Below are positions 1 to 14,929 of a stretch of 64,000 nt of DNA, in pieces. Location of the stretch: the NCBI RefSeq assembly GCF_009834535.1, contig NC_045697.1:41542001-41606000 (forward strand), read 5' to 3'. Within the stretch, counting starts at the first letter, position 1. Every line of letters begins with the position of its first letter. The translations under genes and the position numbers were made by a program. The stretch comes from Camelus ferus (taxonomy: Eukaryota). The notes beneath the pieces are model-generated. The model was not told where the DNA came from. It was given only the letters and a program-made list of their open reading frames with translations, and did no database searches.

Positions 1-1330
1 AATAGCAGAAGGAAAGGCAGAGGGAGAGAGCAACAATTTTTGATGGAAAGATGAAGTAGTTCTTTGATTACAGCGGTTTTCTTAAATTATGATATAAGGT
101 TATCAGATGAGAGTGGAGCAGAAGGGGTTTTTGAAAATTTTAGGAGAATAAGAAGAAAGAATGAAATAGTCATCTAGGAAAATGGGAATTGAAATTTTGA
201 GGGAATAATCATGGATTATTTCTGGCAATGCTGAGGAATCTTGACTCAAATTTGTAGGGAGACTAAGCAGTATGGTCAGGATTTTCTACAGTAGTTCATT
301 TGCTTAAGTTCTGGCAAGAATAATTGGATCGTTGTGTTTAACAAAGGCCAGGGTTTCTCCAGGCAGATATAATGAAGGAAGAGTCTTTCCTATTTCAGTA
401 AACAGCAATTCCATCCTTCCATAACCTTGGAGCCATTGTTGATTCTCCTCTGTTTCTTTTCCATCCCAAATCCAATTTGTGAGCAAATCTTATCAGAGTG
501 ATTATAGTGCTGGTCCATGGATGAGACGCTGAGTAAAAAGGGAGCTAAGATTGTTGAGGGAGTGTTGGAAATGAAACATGGTCGGGTAATGGATTGGAGA
601 GCCTTAGTGAGGATGGTAAAGTACTGCTATGGATTACGAGATGAGTGGTTTGGATGCAAAGGAGGTACTTTGAAATTGAGATTTGCATGTTCTACAATTA
701 TTGATGGTGGTTAATCCTTGAGAGTAGAACCGTGTGAAATTGGCGGAGAAAAAGTCACTGGAGCTCAGGTAGTCAAGAAACGAAGAGGCCAGTGCATTTG
801 TTGGTGGCTGTTGAAGTCACTGAGGATGATGGTAAGATAGTGGAGGAGAGAAAGACAATGAGTTTAATGTTAAGTTCATTAATAAATGTAAGATTCATGA
901 CATCAAAAAGGAATGGATGGTAACATCTAATGAAACCAGCTTCAAATGATTTAGGATTTTAAAAGATAAAGAAGGAGAAAGTATTTGGAAAAGGCACTGG
1001 AGAGGAAGCAGCAAACGTACTTTACTCAAAATCTTTGAGAAACCTGGGACATGCAGCGAACCATAGCTCCCACTTGAGAGCACTGTTAGGGAAAGCCAGA
1101 TGTCAGGCGCAGCAGGAAGGTGAAAAGTCATTTGAGGACACAGGAGGAGGAGTTTGCTGATGAAAGATTGAATTCCAGAGGGCAAGGTGGAAGGGTGTAG
1201 GAGAGTGGGGACAGATTAGGGAATATCCAGGGATCAACCCCCCTGAGGGAATGGATGCTTTGGCAGGCTGGGTCTTCTGATGGTGACTGGGGGAATAGGA
1301 TGGTAGAGAGTGATGAGATTAATTCTGTAA
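1..1330 (-). mobile_element. Ancient L2 LINE fragment (5' part of ORF2)
   Basis: Purine-rich + strand typical of antisense L2. Minus-strand translation near 895-1185 weakly resembles an L2 endonuclease N-terminus. Confidence 0.55.
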
Positions 1331-2354
1331 GCCTCAGAGCAAGTTGTATTTGAAGACCCCCCAAGTGGCTGACCTCTTCCTTGAGGGGAAGACATACTCT
1401 TGAGAGGGGTACGCAGAGAATTAAGAGCTTAGGACATCTTGAGATACTGGGAAGAAGGAAAAGGATACGATGGGAATCATTACATTTACGTGGCTGATTC
1501 AGTTGCTTTGTTAGAGTTCTTCTTTTGTCTACCTATCAAAAATCGAAGCAGGGCAATTTTATTTTCGCAGAAACAAATTATAGTATTGAGGGAAAATCTG
1601 TACTAAAATAGTAACTTCTTTGAGCTTTTTCATTCAAGACAGCATTTATTTTGTAGCTATAAATCCATTTCTAACTGACTGCATCCATTTACATTTGACT
1701 TACACACTTGTTAATTTGTTTCATCTAATAGTCAGCACAGAAGCTTGGGCTTGGAGACCAAAATGGTCCCAACAACCGGGTTCCTCAAATAAATCTGAAT
1801 TCTGATGTAAAGAAAATACAGTACATTAATATATACCCATACCATCAAAGATGCATTTGATCAGGGTTGAAATGAAAAATTTTATAATACAGGGGACAAA
1901 CACTACTTTTTACATTGTGTTTTTAATGCTTTGCATTGTGTCGGTCTGGCAGGCTGACTTCCTAAGTCCTACTAAGCGGCCCAACAAGCAGATTTAATAA
2001 CCAATTAAAAACTCAAGAGGATTAAGTGAATTTCAGAGTTGCAGACAGAATGAAGCTTCTCAAAATCCTAGTTCATTTATGGTTGACCAAGATATTATTA
2101 GTACGCATTAGTCAGTCAGGAATCAAATAAATGACTCTTGTTATTTTTCACATGCTGTGAGCCAGTTGCTACTCTAATTGATTTAGGATGTAGAGGAAGT
2201 AGGAAAACGTGTAGGAGGCTTAGAGGATGCTGCGTAACCTGTTTCCAGATGCCTCTGACATCATCAGCTTGCGAGTACAAATGGGACCGAATTCAAACAC
2301 TCAAATATTTGTCATTGTTGCTGCTACTGTTCTAACCATCTGCCTGGATGAACC

Positions 2355-2522
2355 CTTGAGCTCTCACAACATTTCTGTGAGCTAGGGACTATTAGTACAT
2401 CCATTTTACAGATGAGGAAACTGAAGCACTGATTATTAAATAACTTGCCCAAGGTCATACACCTGTAAGTGGTAGGCCAGCATTTGAGCCCAGGGACTGA
2501 CTCCAGAGCCCAAGATCTTCCT
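2355..2522 (-). mobile_element. MIR SINE
   Basis: MIR core reverse complement: cattttacagatgaggaaactga...aacttgcccaaggtca. Confidence 0.9.
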
Positions 2523-3280
2523 ACAGTCCTATATAATTTCACAGGTCGTGGCAGCTCTCCACTTGGTCCATGCTGAAATTGGACCTCATTCTCCATTTAC
2601 CAAATAGCCCTACTCTTTTCCTTGAGTGTTTCATACACATAGCCAATGTTAAAGAGAAATTCGTATATGTTCTCTTGAACTAATCTGCCATCCCTTTTAT
2701 AGCATTTATGCCAATTTTTCCTTTTTAAAAATTTCCATCTCCCTTTATCCATCTTTCTACTTATGAAGCAGCCCTGTTGTCAGACGTGAAAATACTGAGT
2801 TAAAGGTGCTGTCCCTTGCTGCTCAGAAAGCTGTCAGTCCTCAAGGTCAGAAGAGCCTGGCATTCATGCAGAAGGGGTAATGAACCTTGCCCCAACCGTG
2901 GGTGGCAGGCTGTCATCTTGACGCTGAAACAGCACTGCTTGTGGACAGCATTTAAAAAAAACCCTCTTGAAAATAGTTTCTGCAGCTTCTGCCTCTAATG
3001 CATCTCTCAATTTGTGCTCCAAATATCCTAAGGGGTTGAATGAGAACTCAGGCATTCTCCTAATCTATTTACATCTTTTCTCCTTCAGTGCCAGTGTACC
3101 AGAAATAAAACAAAATGAAATAATAACCCATATGTGTTGCTTTCTCTGTCACCAAAGCCAATTCATTTTTCAAGTTATTTCAATGGATACTCAAGGGAGT
3201 GACCCACAAGTTCCGTAGCCTGGCAAGCCACCTTTGGGCTTAGTAAGGACTTTGAATTGGCAGACTTTGTAACAGCGTGG

Positions 3281-3308
3281 TTTTTTTTTTTTTTTTTTTT
3301 TTTTTTTT
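3281..3308. repeat. Poly-T tract (T28)
   Basis: Read directly. Confidence 0.95.
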
Positions 3309-4914
3309 GGCTCTTGGGCAAAGAAATGCTTCTGAACAGGTTCAGAATCTGTATAAATTCCACAGTCATCAAAAACTAAGAGAAGGGGATATATTTTAGA
3401 AGAAAGAAGCATATTAAGGAATTCTATTCAAATCTTGAAGAGCTGGGTACAGGACCAGCCTCAGGCACAATTGTGAATTAGATGATGTTTTTCTTCGGTG
3501 TTCCCAGCCTCTCCTTTCAACCATTCTGTTCCTTCCTTGCTATAACTCTTTACCAGAATCAGGAAAGAACAAAAAGCAAATATAACTATAAATTTAACTT
3601 TAATAACTTTTTGCATTTTAAATTTATTTCTAATTATAAAAACTTTTTTTTTTTTATTACCAAAGGAGTTTCAGACATCACTGAAGAGGATTAGAATGAA
3701 GGGCAGGGGATTTAAAAAAAAATCCTCTGGGAGCCCTAAAATCACAATTCACAACCTACCAGCTGCTCTGACTTTAAGGCTGTTTCAGTTAGTGGGGCTA
3801 TTTAAAGATTTTCCCAATGCATTCCAAGAAGCTAAACAGAAGTATCTTGTCCCTTCTTGTTCTTGTATGGTGTGAAACTCATTTGGCTTGGAAAGTTTTT
3901 CTTACTCTGTGAATGTTTGCACTTTGAAAGACCATATTCTTAATTTGTACTGGCAACTGTGCCAAATATCTTGGCAACTTTACAAAAAAAATAGCTTTAA
4001 TGTTAAAGGAGACTCATATACTATGAAGGCTGTCATAATATGTTGAACTGGTAGGGAAAATTGGAATTAATATGACATTTTCTTGCTAACTTCAAATTTC
4101 AAAATTAAAACACATTTTATTGCAAGCAAGAAATGGAAGTCTTGAACACATACCTTTTCTGCTGTTTATGTCTGGAGCAACTAGAATATTGACTTTATCT
4201 TTAATCAACAATCATAATAATTGTGATCATTTGATATTACGAGTTTATATGAGAGAAATAAGAGGTGGAAGCTTTCTGCAGCTAAACACAGTTTAAAAAT
4301 CTCTGTACAGCTGAATGGACCTTTGGAAATGATCCTTTTGTTGGAATGTGCTTTATAATAGTTCTTGGGTTATAATGATGTTACCAATAATAGTATAATC
4401 TACCACTTTTTTTCAGTGCATATTACATTCAAACATCAGTGTACATCATCTTTAGTGTTTATTAAAACCTTGCAGGATAGGTCTTGTTCTCTCTGATTTC
4501 CAGAAGAAATGGAAGCTCAGATAATTTTGTTGACTTGCTCAGGCACGAGTGATGTGCTCCAATTAAGATGCAAACCTTCATCTATCCAGACCTAAAGCCT
4601 TCGCTCTTTCAACTATATTCAGCTCTATCTCTAAACCAAAAATTAATCCCTGACTATTTGTCATACCAATATATAAGTGGCAGTGGCTATAAGGGCACAG
4701 GCAGTTAGTTTGAACCAGGGAAATAATAGCACAGTCGTGGGGCATGGGGTAGGTAAACATCCAGGTTTAGAGGTGATTCTGGCTGGATTAGTTTGGAAGT
4801 TGATGTAAGTAGGAGCTCTCAAGGTAGGTGACGGCTGGTGGCTGAACCAAGTGGACGCATTCGGAGCAGGAAAATACGTTACAAGAGCCTTGAAAAATAG
4901 CAGAAGCCATGGTG

Positions 4915-5412
4915 TTTCAGTGTGAGTTCGGCGAGAAACAGCATACTCACATTTGGTAATTTGAAGAGTATTTAAAAAAGGGGCTAATTTAAATATGTGG
5001 ATAGGGTATAGAGAAATGACAGGGGATAGTGTGATCTCCTGAGGAATGTAAATACAGGAAGCTGTTCCCATCCATAAGCCTAAAGGAGTCAGGGGACAGT
5101 GGTTCCTGAAACCCGGACATGTGACCTTTACAGCAGTGGTTCACAGTAGCTGTGACCTTTACAGCCACCCTATGATGGCTTTGATGACAACCTCCTTATG
5201 ATGCACCCCATAAGGAGGGAACTGGAGAAACAAATACCCCAACTTCCTGTTTTACCCTCCCTCTAATCTTTTATGGTGCTCCTTAGTGGCTCAACAGGAG
5301 GCTACAGGGCACGGCATTAATGAACTGCATGCTGGTCGGTCTCCTGCGTACTGGGCAGGTTGGAGAAAGTGGGAGAGGAGATGCAGAGGTGCAAGTACAA
5401 GCGTCCCAGCCC
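4915..5412 (-). mobile_element. Ancient ERVL-class solo LTR (LTR33/LTR41-like; subfamily uncertain)
   Basis: Resembles the recalled consensus, e.g. ggtaatttgaagag, gcctaaaggag, aaataccccaac, ggagaaagtgggagag. Confidence 0.55.
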
Positions 5413-5445
5413 AAGATGTCAGGCAGAGGAGCAATAACCTGTCAG

Positions 5446-5695
5446 AGGGAGGGGAAGGGATAAATTGGGAGTTCAGGATTTGTAGATACAAACTACTATG
5501 TATAAAATAGATAAGCAACAAGGCCCTACTGTATAGCACAGGGAACTATATTCAATACCTTTAATAAACTATAAAGAAAAAGGATATGAATAAGAATATA
5601 ATATATATATATATATATATGACTGAATCACTATGCTGTACACCAGAAACTAACACAACATTGTAAATCAGCTGTACTTCAATTGAAAAAAAAAA
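5446..5695 (+). mobile_element. L1 3' end (artiodactyl type)
   Basis: ctactgtatagcacagggaactatattcaata...cattgtaaatcagctgtacttcaatt followed by an A tail. Confidence 0.9.
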
Positions 5696-6098
5696 TCAAG
5701 GAGACCGTAGAGCCAAGGAGACTGGAAAGCTGGGTTAGGATCAAATGGGACTTCAGAGCTGAGGCTCTAGCTTGCTTCATTCACTGTATTGGTGAGAATC
5801 ATTCATTCATTTATTTATTCATTTATTCCACGAAACACTCCTCAGTTTCTGTTACATGCCAGGCCGATGGTTATTGTACTAGGTACAGTGACACAGTGTG
5901 AGTCAGTCATGAGGTGTGTGAAAAAGGGCAATCAGAAACATTTTCCTGGTGCGTTTATTAATTATTTATATATTGTTCTATTACCTACTATTACTCTAAA
6001 TTCTACAAGCAAGGCCATGGGGTCTTTTTAGTTCCATTAATTAATCAGATTCACAAGGTTGCCATAAGTCACACAGGCATCCAATTCATTTAGAAGGA

Positions 6099-6515
6099 AA
6101 ATTTTGCCATTTGCAGCAACATGGATGAACTTGGGAAGTATTACGCTAAGTGAAGTAAGTCAGACAGAGAAAGACAAATACTGTATGATATCATTTATAT
6201 GTGGAATCTAAAAAATACAACAAACTAGTGAATATAACAAAAAAGAAACAGATTCACAGATACAGAGAACAAACTAGCAGCTGCCAGTGGGGAGAGGAAA
6301 AGGGGGAAAGGCAACGTAGGGGCAGGAGATAAAAAGGTGCAAAGTACTACGTCTAAAATTAGCTCCAAGAATATGTTGTATATATATTGTCACCACAGGC
6401 CAATATTTTATAACTATAAATGGAGTATAACCATTAAAAATTGTGAATCACTATACTGTACACTTATAACTTATATAATATTCTACATCAACTACAATTT
6501 TAAAAAGTCAAAAAA
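6099..6515 (+). mobile_element. 5'-truncated L1 with 16-bp TSD
   Basis: ttgccatttgcagcaacatggatg...tgtggaatctaaaaa. TSD aattca(t/c)ttagaagga at 6083-6098 and 6516-6531. Confidence 0.92.
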
Positions 6516-7539
6516 AATTCACTTAGAAGGACATGGGACAGGAGCCCCAGTTGGCCAACAGGGCAACATCAGGTATTGCTCTTCCATGAGACTAGCCCTT
6601 ACAGCGGTCCGTGAAATCTGAGTGGCAGGCCGAGAGCTATACTCTTTGGTTTCCCACATCTCAGGTTTGAAAGAATGATTCTCAGATGGAGCAGGTATGA
6701 AAGTTCCCCTGGCTTAAAAGCCCCCTATTCCACAGGAGCCAATATCTCTTGTAACAATTCCATAGACTGGGCTTTTATGGTCTTTACAAAAGGCATGACC
6801 AGTTACAAGAGTCTAAAACTATGGTATCTCCATCAATTATTTATCATTCATTTATAGTTTTTACCTCTCCAGATGCAATTAACCAAACAAAGATTATTTT
6901 CACCATAAGCAATGCTACCTAGTAATGTAGCTAACTTACCTCCTGTGTCAGGTTGCCAAGGGAACAGACTAGAAAGTGAATTGAATGTCAAATTCTAAGG
7001 GAGAAAGGGAAGAGATTTTGTTAACCCTTCGTCCATGCATATTATGCTTCTAATTCGTATTTGCTGGAACAAACAGAACCGGAGAAAGACATGTCAAGGG
7101 CATGGGACAAAGTTTTTGAGCTAGGCTTTGAAACATCGAAAAACAAATTCAGCTCCTGTTACCAAAAAGAAAGCCCACATTCTGTTTTGCACCAGCAAAT
7201 AATTTTAAATAATCAGTGAGCCAAGAAGATCTTCCAAAGAAATGATTCATAATAATGGGATGAATTGTTGTTCAAACTATTATTATATGAAGGACAATGA
7301 ACTACAACTAGTTTTGTATTCAGGCAGCCCTTGGAATCAGCTGATATCTTAATATTTAGTTTGCAAAGCAAAAAATATTGAAAAGATGGTGTGTTTTTCT
7401 GTGTCATGAAAAATATATTAGCACGACCTTTCATATATGTGTCACATGACACATTATCTCTTTGCCTCTCCTATGTCCTCCTGTGGCAAACTATGCTTCT
7501 CATATCATGTTGTATTATAATTTTTTATAGAAAAATTTC

Positions 7540-7675
7540 TCCCCACTGGACAGTAAACCCTGTGAGGACAATAACCATATTGGTCTCATTATTGCATCTG
7601 CAGCGTCTAATTCAGTGGCCTGCATAGTAAATACTCAGTAAAGTTTGTTGAATGGATGAATGAATAAATGAAAGA
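7540..7675 (+). mobile_element. L2 3' end
   Basis: Ends in tactcagtaaagtttgttgaatggatgaatgaa, an L2-type tail. Confidence 0.75.
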
Positions 7676-8254
7676 ATGTAACTACAGTGCACACTATACT
7701 GGATTCAAACTTCGAACGAAATTTTTCTTATAGGAAGTACCTTTGTTAAATGGCATTAAAATGACTTCCCTAAAATTGTATTTTTTGTAGAGTCAATCAC
7801 ATATGTTACATTTTAAGGATGACACATGAAGATTGACCTATTAATTGGTGAAGCATGCAGACAGGTTATGAGTTGTAGTATATTTTTCTACAGTGAACTA
7901 CTATAAAAATATTTGCCAGATGCCTAAGGGCTCTCCCCTGAATTTCAGTGGACTTTTAATGTTGTCTTCAAAGTCCCTGCAGAGTAATTCTTAACAGTGA
8001 AATTCAATTCAGAGAATCCACTACAACAAGGAAAAAACTTCTCAAATCCAGTTAAGGAGTGATGCAGTACAAGTCCTAACTAAAGAAAGAAACCACTTCT
8101 TGGAGTTTATTAATTTACTAGACTAATAATTCCATATCTTACATTTGATAGTGCTTTAAAATCTGTAAAAAGATACTTTCATTTGCTATCTTAATTAAGC
8201 CCCAATTTCAGATGTGTAAGCCCAATTTTATAAATGGTAAATCCTCAAAACACA

Positions 8255-8472
8255 ATGTGGGCTCTGGAATTAAACAGCCTTGTGTTGGAAACATGACTAT
8301 CAGCTACAAACTGTGTGATCTTGAATAAATCTTGATAAATTTCTTCATCTGAAAACTGAAGAACATGATGGTGCCTGTTTTATAGGATTGTCGTGAGAAT
8401 TGCAAAATGCAAAACTACTTGCTGGAAAAGTAAATGGCAGATAGTAAGTGCTCAATATGTGTTCACTATTAT
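8255..8472 (+). mobile_element. MIR SINE
   Basis: ggctctggaattaaacagcc...ttcttcatctgaaaa...gtaagtgctcaata. Confidence 0.75.
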
Positions 8473-8610
8473 TAACTTGTTTGAAGACAAATGATTAATT
8501 AGTAAAAGTAAAATTTGAACCCAGGTCATTGTTTCTCAACTTCAGTGTTCTTTCTACCAGTCCACATTGTATGTGTATTGTTTATTTAAAATTTATTTGG
8601 AATGGTGTAT

Positions 8611-8741
8611 TTTTGAGAGGGCAGGGTAGTAATTAGTTTTACTTATTTATTTATCTTCAGTGGAGGTACTGGGGATTGAACCCAGGCAGGACCTCGTACG
8701 TGCTAAGCATGCACTCTACCACTGAGCTATACCTTCCCCCC
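8611..8741 (-). mobile_element. Vic-1-type camelid SINE
   Basis: Reverse complement has ggtatagctcagtggtagagtgcatgcttagc...gggttcaatccccagtacctcc. TSD gaatggtgtat at 8600-8610 and 8744-8754. Confidence 0.92.
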
Positions 8742-9244
8742 TAGAATGGTGTATGTTTTGCCTATGTCACACTTTCTCTGGCATTTGGAGGTTGTGCTGC
8801 TTAGTTATAATCATATGTTTTGCCTCTGAAATGTGATCATCTTGGTTAAATGTATTAGATAATGGTTGCTGGTTGATGGTTTTCATTTGCAGATGTAAAT
8901 GGCTTTGGAGGGTAATGTTTTTAAAAAACTTTATCTCTATACACTTACAACAGAAAATTCAGTATCTAAGTCATTAATTATCTAATGATTATCAAAACTA
9001 TAGAAAAATATCACTGAGGGCTAAGAGCAAAGGCTTCTTTGATCTACCTATATTTCACTTTCATAATATTAGAACTGTAATTCTCTTGATATGGTTTGAA
9101 TGCTTCCTTGTTACATAAAACATAGATTCAATTTCACATCCACAATATCATTCACTTCCACCAGGAGGTTTTAGGTAAAATATTGTACTTGGAAATGGTA
9201 CTTTACAGAAGACATAAATGTAGATCTAGTAGACTGTAGTAGGT

Positions 9245-11280
9245 CAGAGTTTCGATATGCTGAGTTTGAGTTCTCTGTGGGTCCTCTAAATGTAGATGTT
9301 TATGAAGAAGTTAGATATATGGGTCTGGGATTCAGGAGGAAGATATGGACTGGAAATACAGATATTTAGTATCTAACATAAAGAAGGTGTTCAAATCATG
9401 TCAGTGGCTGAGATCTCTCTGAGAGAATATGAAGAAAGAGTCTATTGAGGGAAACTTAGAGAAAACTAAAAGCTATGGGATGTGTAGAGGAGGTTTCAAA
9501 GGATACAGAGAAAACCCAGGATTCAAGAGAAAAGCTGAGAGAGACTCTTGTCCTGGAAACCAAGAGATCCATTCTTTTGACAAATATTTTTTTGAGCGAT
9601 TTGTGTGAGATGTTGAGATAAATTTGTGAACACAGCAGATAGACTTATTTGCTGCTGGGGAGAGACAGACAAAAATATAATAAATAAGTAAATCCTATAT
9701 TTTGTAAAAAGATGAAAATATAATAAAATATAATAAAGCAATGTAAGGGAGACAGAGTGCAAAGGGTGCAAATTTAAAATTAGGTAGTCTGAAAAAAAAA
9801 TCAAACCAAATAGTCTGGGTAGGTAGACAAGAAAGTGGCATTTGAGTAAAGACTTGAAGGAGGTTAAGGGAGTGAGAGATAAGTAATTTCAAGAAGGATG
9901 CAGTAGTCTACACGTTTCTGAAAGGTTAGGTAGGATACTGATTGAAAAGTTTCCATTTGATTTTTGAGATTGAGAGTCAATGTTGCCCTGGACAGAAGGA
10001 AATCTAGTAGCACGGGGCAAAGGTAGAAGGCAGATTCATGGGTAGATGAATAAATGTAAAGAAAGACAGCAAACAGGGACCTCTCTTTCTACCAGTATAA
10101 TTTTGAAGGGAAAAGGAAAAAACAGTGTGGTGTCCAGAAGCACAGATTAATAAACATTTTGTTTAATAAAGATTTGATTTCATTTTATTACTAGATAGAA
10201 AAGATTTGAATATAATTATAGACAGAGAGGGGTTGAAGCCAGCATAGAAGAGGTTAAAATCCAGGTGGTCAAGAGGATGTGAATTTATAAGAAGAGATAC
10301 CTGAGGACCTGGGAAATGGGGGAAAGAGAATGGGATATAAATGGAGAAAGAGCTCTTCCGCTGGAACAAAAACAAATAAGGAAATATTGTGTTGCTTATA
10401 AATAATTTAGTATTGAGAGGAAGCAAATGATGACTAGTTTTTCCTATGAAGTAGGGAATTGATGTCATTTGTTAAAAGTGATAAAGTAGGTAATGAGGGT
10501 AGGAGGCCTGGGATGATTTCACATAGCTACTGTGGGACAAAGAATAAGGAAATGATTAGGACTGCAAAACAATTCTGAGGGTACAGTTAAAGCTGGAATC
10601 TATGAATTTTTCATACCATTCATCTTCATGATTGTGCATTCTGTCTTTTCTGTAGCATGCCCTAGCAGTCTAGGCATAGAAGAAGAATGAATAGACAGCT
10701 GAACTGATCCAGGCCAGAGGTTTTGCCTGGTATGTGTGATGAATTGACTGGGAGAATGTGAGTTAAGGGGTTTGGTGAGATTGTATTTTAAATGATACTT
10801 AGATTAGTCATAGAAAAGGGAGAGAATAAATAGGCTCGGGCTGATGAATTAGGTACCAAAAGGAGAGACTAAAGGGAAGAGAAGACGATAGAGAGGCTGT
10901 GAGGGAACTGGAGATATAAGAGAATGTGGTTCAATGAATCTGACATTGGAGTTTAGGATTTCAAAAATGGGGCACTTCTGGGTGATATAAAGCCTGAGAT
11001 GAAGATGCCTGCAGGGAAGTGGAAGTGGGTAATGACTGTAACTGAGAAGGACAAAAGAACTGTCAGGCAAGACCATTGGACTGGTCAGCAACATGGGGAT
11101 TGAATTCACGCAGAGTGATGGCAGGGATTAAGAGGGAGGTTGTGAACCGGTATGAAGTTATTGCTGAATCAGTGGATGATTGTAATGAGGAAGAAAGAGG
11201 GAGGTGATATATGAATCACATGAGCCCCAAAGGAAGGTTTCATGATACTGAAGACGTTCTGTGAGATTCAAGAAGGCCGG
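9245..11280 (-). mobile_element. Long L2 fragment, interrupted at ~9570-9880 by a second L2 3' end
   Basis: Antisense L2 signature gctgagtttgag...gatatatgggtctggga...ctggaaatacagatattt. Confidence 0.75.
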
Positions 11281-14200
11281 CTAGGAAATCCACTCTTAGT
11301 GGATGTGGTATATAGATTCAGATCTGTCCTTTTAAATAACAAATTAAGCTTCAATTTATCGTAACCCAAACCAACCTAAAGTGATTCCTTAATTAACTGG
11401 GCTTTGCTTCTTTCACCTATACTTTTTTGGATGAGAGCAAAGCACGAGAAAATAAATTATTATCAGGATTAATAAAAAGGTCAATTTGTTGGTCATGTAC
11501 AGTAGAGGATATATTCATGCAAATATCCTATATTTTCCTACAATTACTTCTTTAAAATGGTACAGTGAGAAATGACATTTGGAATAGAGGCAGAGGAACT
11601 GAGAGCATGGCCAGTCACCTGTTACAACTGACCTAATGTAACAATTAAAAATGGAATGTGATGCACAAAGTTTCAGATACCCCATGATGTATCTTTGAAA
11701 AGAGTGTGATTTTAGTTTACCCATGATGTGGTTATTTGCTCAGAAAAAAATATAGGTACTTATTAAATAAATTGAAATATTTGTTCATTTGGCAATGTAT
11801 ATCCCATTTCTAGTCTGAAAAGGAAAATTTTCTCTGATATTAATGGAACTCTCAGTTCTCAGGATAAGCAAAACAGAAACATAATGTTGTAAGTTTGGCC
11901 AATTTCAAAACAGGAGCATTTAAAGAATGGAAAATTTTATAACATGGCTTTACAGCTATAATATATTTTCTCATTGTAACTAACTGTTGAGTTTTTGACT
12001 GTGGACAATTAAAGTAAACCAGCAGATTTTAGTTAAAGGTATATTTCCACTCTTCTCTGGAGAGAATATGCAAGCTGCTGACACATTTGTGCACTGGTGA
12101 GGGCACTGGTTCAGACTATCTTAAACATGCTGGCATTAGTTGATTGTAGAGATGAGAGCCATTGATAAGGCTGTTCTATAAAATATAATAAAAATTACTT
12201 GTGAGGAAGAATGGGAATGGGGAAAATATCTTGGCTTTAGTGTGCCTGCTGTACATGAGGTTCCTAAATACAGAAACTTTTGTCCAGTGCCTATAAATGT
12301 GTAATTCAGTGTCACTGTACCTGCCTGATACCTGCCCTCCTTCCTTTCCATTTGTCTTCTCCATTCTCTTTCTTTGTATCCTCTGGCTTTTCATTGAATA
12401 ATTATATATTAAGTGCCAAGTACATGTCAGGTACTGTTTGGTGCTGTGGGTATGCAAAGGAAATATATTCTCTATCCTTAACCTAAGTTCTGCTGGGGAA
12501 AAAATTAAGACAAAGCAATATCTCAACACAGTTTCTAAATCTCGAGGCAATGCTGGGTAACTCAAGAAGATTTTTGTTTATGTGTAGGGACGTAGCAAAG
12601 TAGGAAAGTTTTCTTTTCCCCTTCCCCCAGAAAAAAATTCAGTTTTGATAAACTTTTCCAGAATTTTCCAATCAGAAAAAATTAGAGAGAATTGGGGTTT
12701 TAAAAATATTCAGTATAGACATAAAAGCTATTGTTCAAGACAAGATTGTAGTTTGAATTAGATCTGTAGGGGAGATCTCCAGATCCCCTGCCTGGTTCTC
12801 CTAAGAGCAGATGGAATGGACTGTGCATTGTCAGGACAGCGTATGTGTGTTGAGATTGGAATGCAGCTCTTCCACTTGAGAACGTCTCCTGCCACAGCAT
12901 CCTATCTACAGAGGTCGCATGCATTGAGGAGGAAATCAGCAAGAGTGAGAGATGCATAGACTGAAAACCTCCATATCTAATTCCATTCATGTTCTTCAGT
13001 CATTGACACCAGGAAATGCATTTTTAAAAACCTCTATACGTTACAAAGGTGATGCATTTATTTTTGGAACTCATAGACGGGTGAGTTGCAATCCAGTGGT
13101 AAACTGGAGAGTGGCAATAATCCCAGGCAAAACTGAACCAGAAGGGCTTCTCTATTTCTTATCTCCTCACTCTGTCCTACTCAGCTTTCCTTTTTAGTCT
13201 TTTCCTTTGTATATAAAAAAATGAGAATCTCTTTATCATTGTTTTTCTTCAGAAAATAGGATTCTAAGAATATGTTACTCTGATTAAGCAGAGTGGTCAT
13301 CGGTGATATTACGCATATGTTACATTTTTGCATTAGGATGTTAGTTTATGTTCTTCTTTTGAAACATAAACCCTATTTTGCCAAGTGTTTTGACGTTTTT
13401 GAAGAATATTTATAAGAACACACTTTATTTTAAAGCTTTAAAAAAAGGTGTTTAGTTTAACATTGATAATAGTAGATTGCTATCTTTGCTCAATTATTTG
13501 AAGAACCAGGATCTTTTTCTTAGACTTCTAATGTGGAAGCAATTATCTGTTGTGTTGGGTAATTCCTTCACTTCTAAGTGTTGCTCCCTGAAGTTTTATT
13601 TCAGGGAGAAAATTATTGGTCAGTTGGTTTAAAACAACACTTTAACTGCATGATTGAGATTACTTCTTCCCCAGCTATGATCTCAACTGTTATAGCATTG
13701 GTCACAGCGAAAAATAATAGTTTTGTCCAACAGTCAATCTGTCATGTCCCCTGGCTGTGTTGTGGCTCATGACTAATGGTGAAATTAATCAGTTTGGCTC
13801 TTTGAGAACATGTTTCCTTGACACTAGTACGTTGTTAAGGCCCCAGGAAGCATTGTCCATGATTTGTTTACAGCAATGGCTAAGTTTTCAGACATTACAT
13901 AATTTACTTTCTTCTTCTTTTTTTTTTTTTTTTTTTTTTTTGCTATTTTTCTATTCTATAATGAAGAAATTTCAAGACAAAGAATATCAGGTAACTCCTC
14001 TAGAAAATTTAGACTTTATTTAATTAAAAATTTCAGAAGTAACTTCAAAATTGGGTAAATGTTGCCTCTTTCTATTTTTTTCACTGTAAAAGTCTCTAGG
14101 TTTTTAGTCAATATTAATAACAGAAACATAGTTCAATAGGAACAATAGCTATTTTTATGAGATACTCATCTCGAGGCTGTATAATCTCCTGTTAACGTTG

Positions 14201-14929
14201 TTTAAAATAGAATTAAGCTTGTCTGTCTGGGTTGTTTTAAAACCTCTGATGTGGGTTCTTAAGACGATCACAAGTGCAGTACAAGGACTGCAATGCAATC
14301 AGCCACTTGCCTATGTGATTACTGGAGAGAATGTTTATTTCAAAACTCTGTAGGCTAGACAAATACTTTTATTTAATTAATGATCATAGCTCCATGGGTT
14401 TGTTAAAGCCCTTGCAAAAGTTGCTAAAGATCATCATTCCTGTGAGTTTAGCTGGACAATTTACTATGGAAAGGCCTTAAAAGGTCATTTATTTAATCTT
14501 TCTGCTTTTGGACAAAGACAAATGTTGAGAAATAGTCAGATATTATTTTTAGCTGCCCTATTTTTGTGTATTTGTTCCATCCTCACTTCATGTGATTTCC
14601 CCTCTTTTAGACACGAGGCTTTCTGTGGTACAGTCACTTAACATCTTTACTTAACATTTCCATTATGGTTTAATCATATGTAGGCTCTACAGTCGAGAAT
14701 GAGTTTGTTAAGGCATTGTTGTATAATCATGAAGTTTTTCTAGTTTGCTGCCTCAAATATAAGCCTCTTGGATGAAGTTGTCATTGCAGTGCCCAGCTGA
14801 CCAAGAAACCTGGCTTTAAAATATTTGAAAAGCCTGTTTAATATGGGATTCAAGACAACAAAAATTTGTTGGCATTGGCCAAACCCACTATATGAACCAA
14901 AAAACGATCTCCCATTGTGCTGATCAGTT

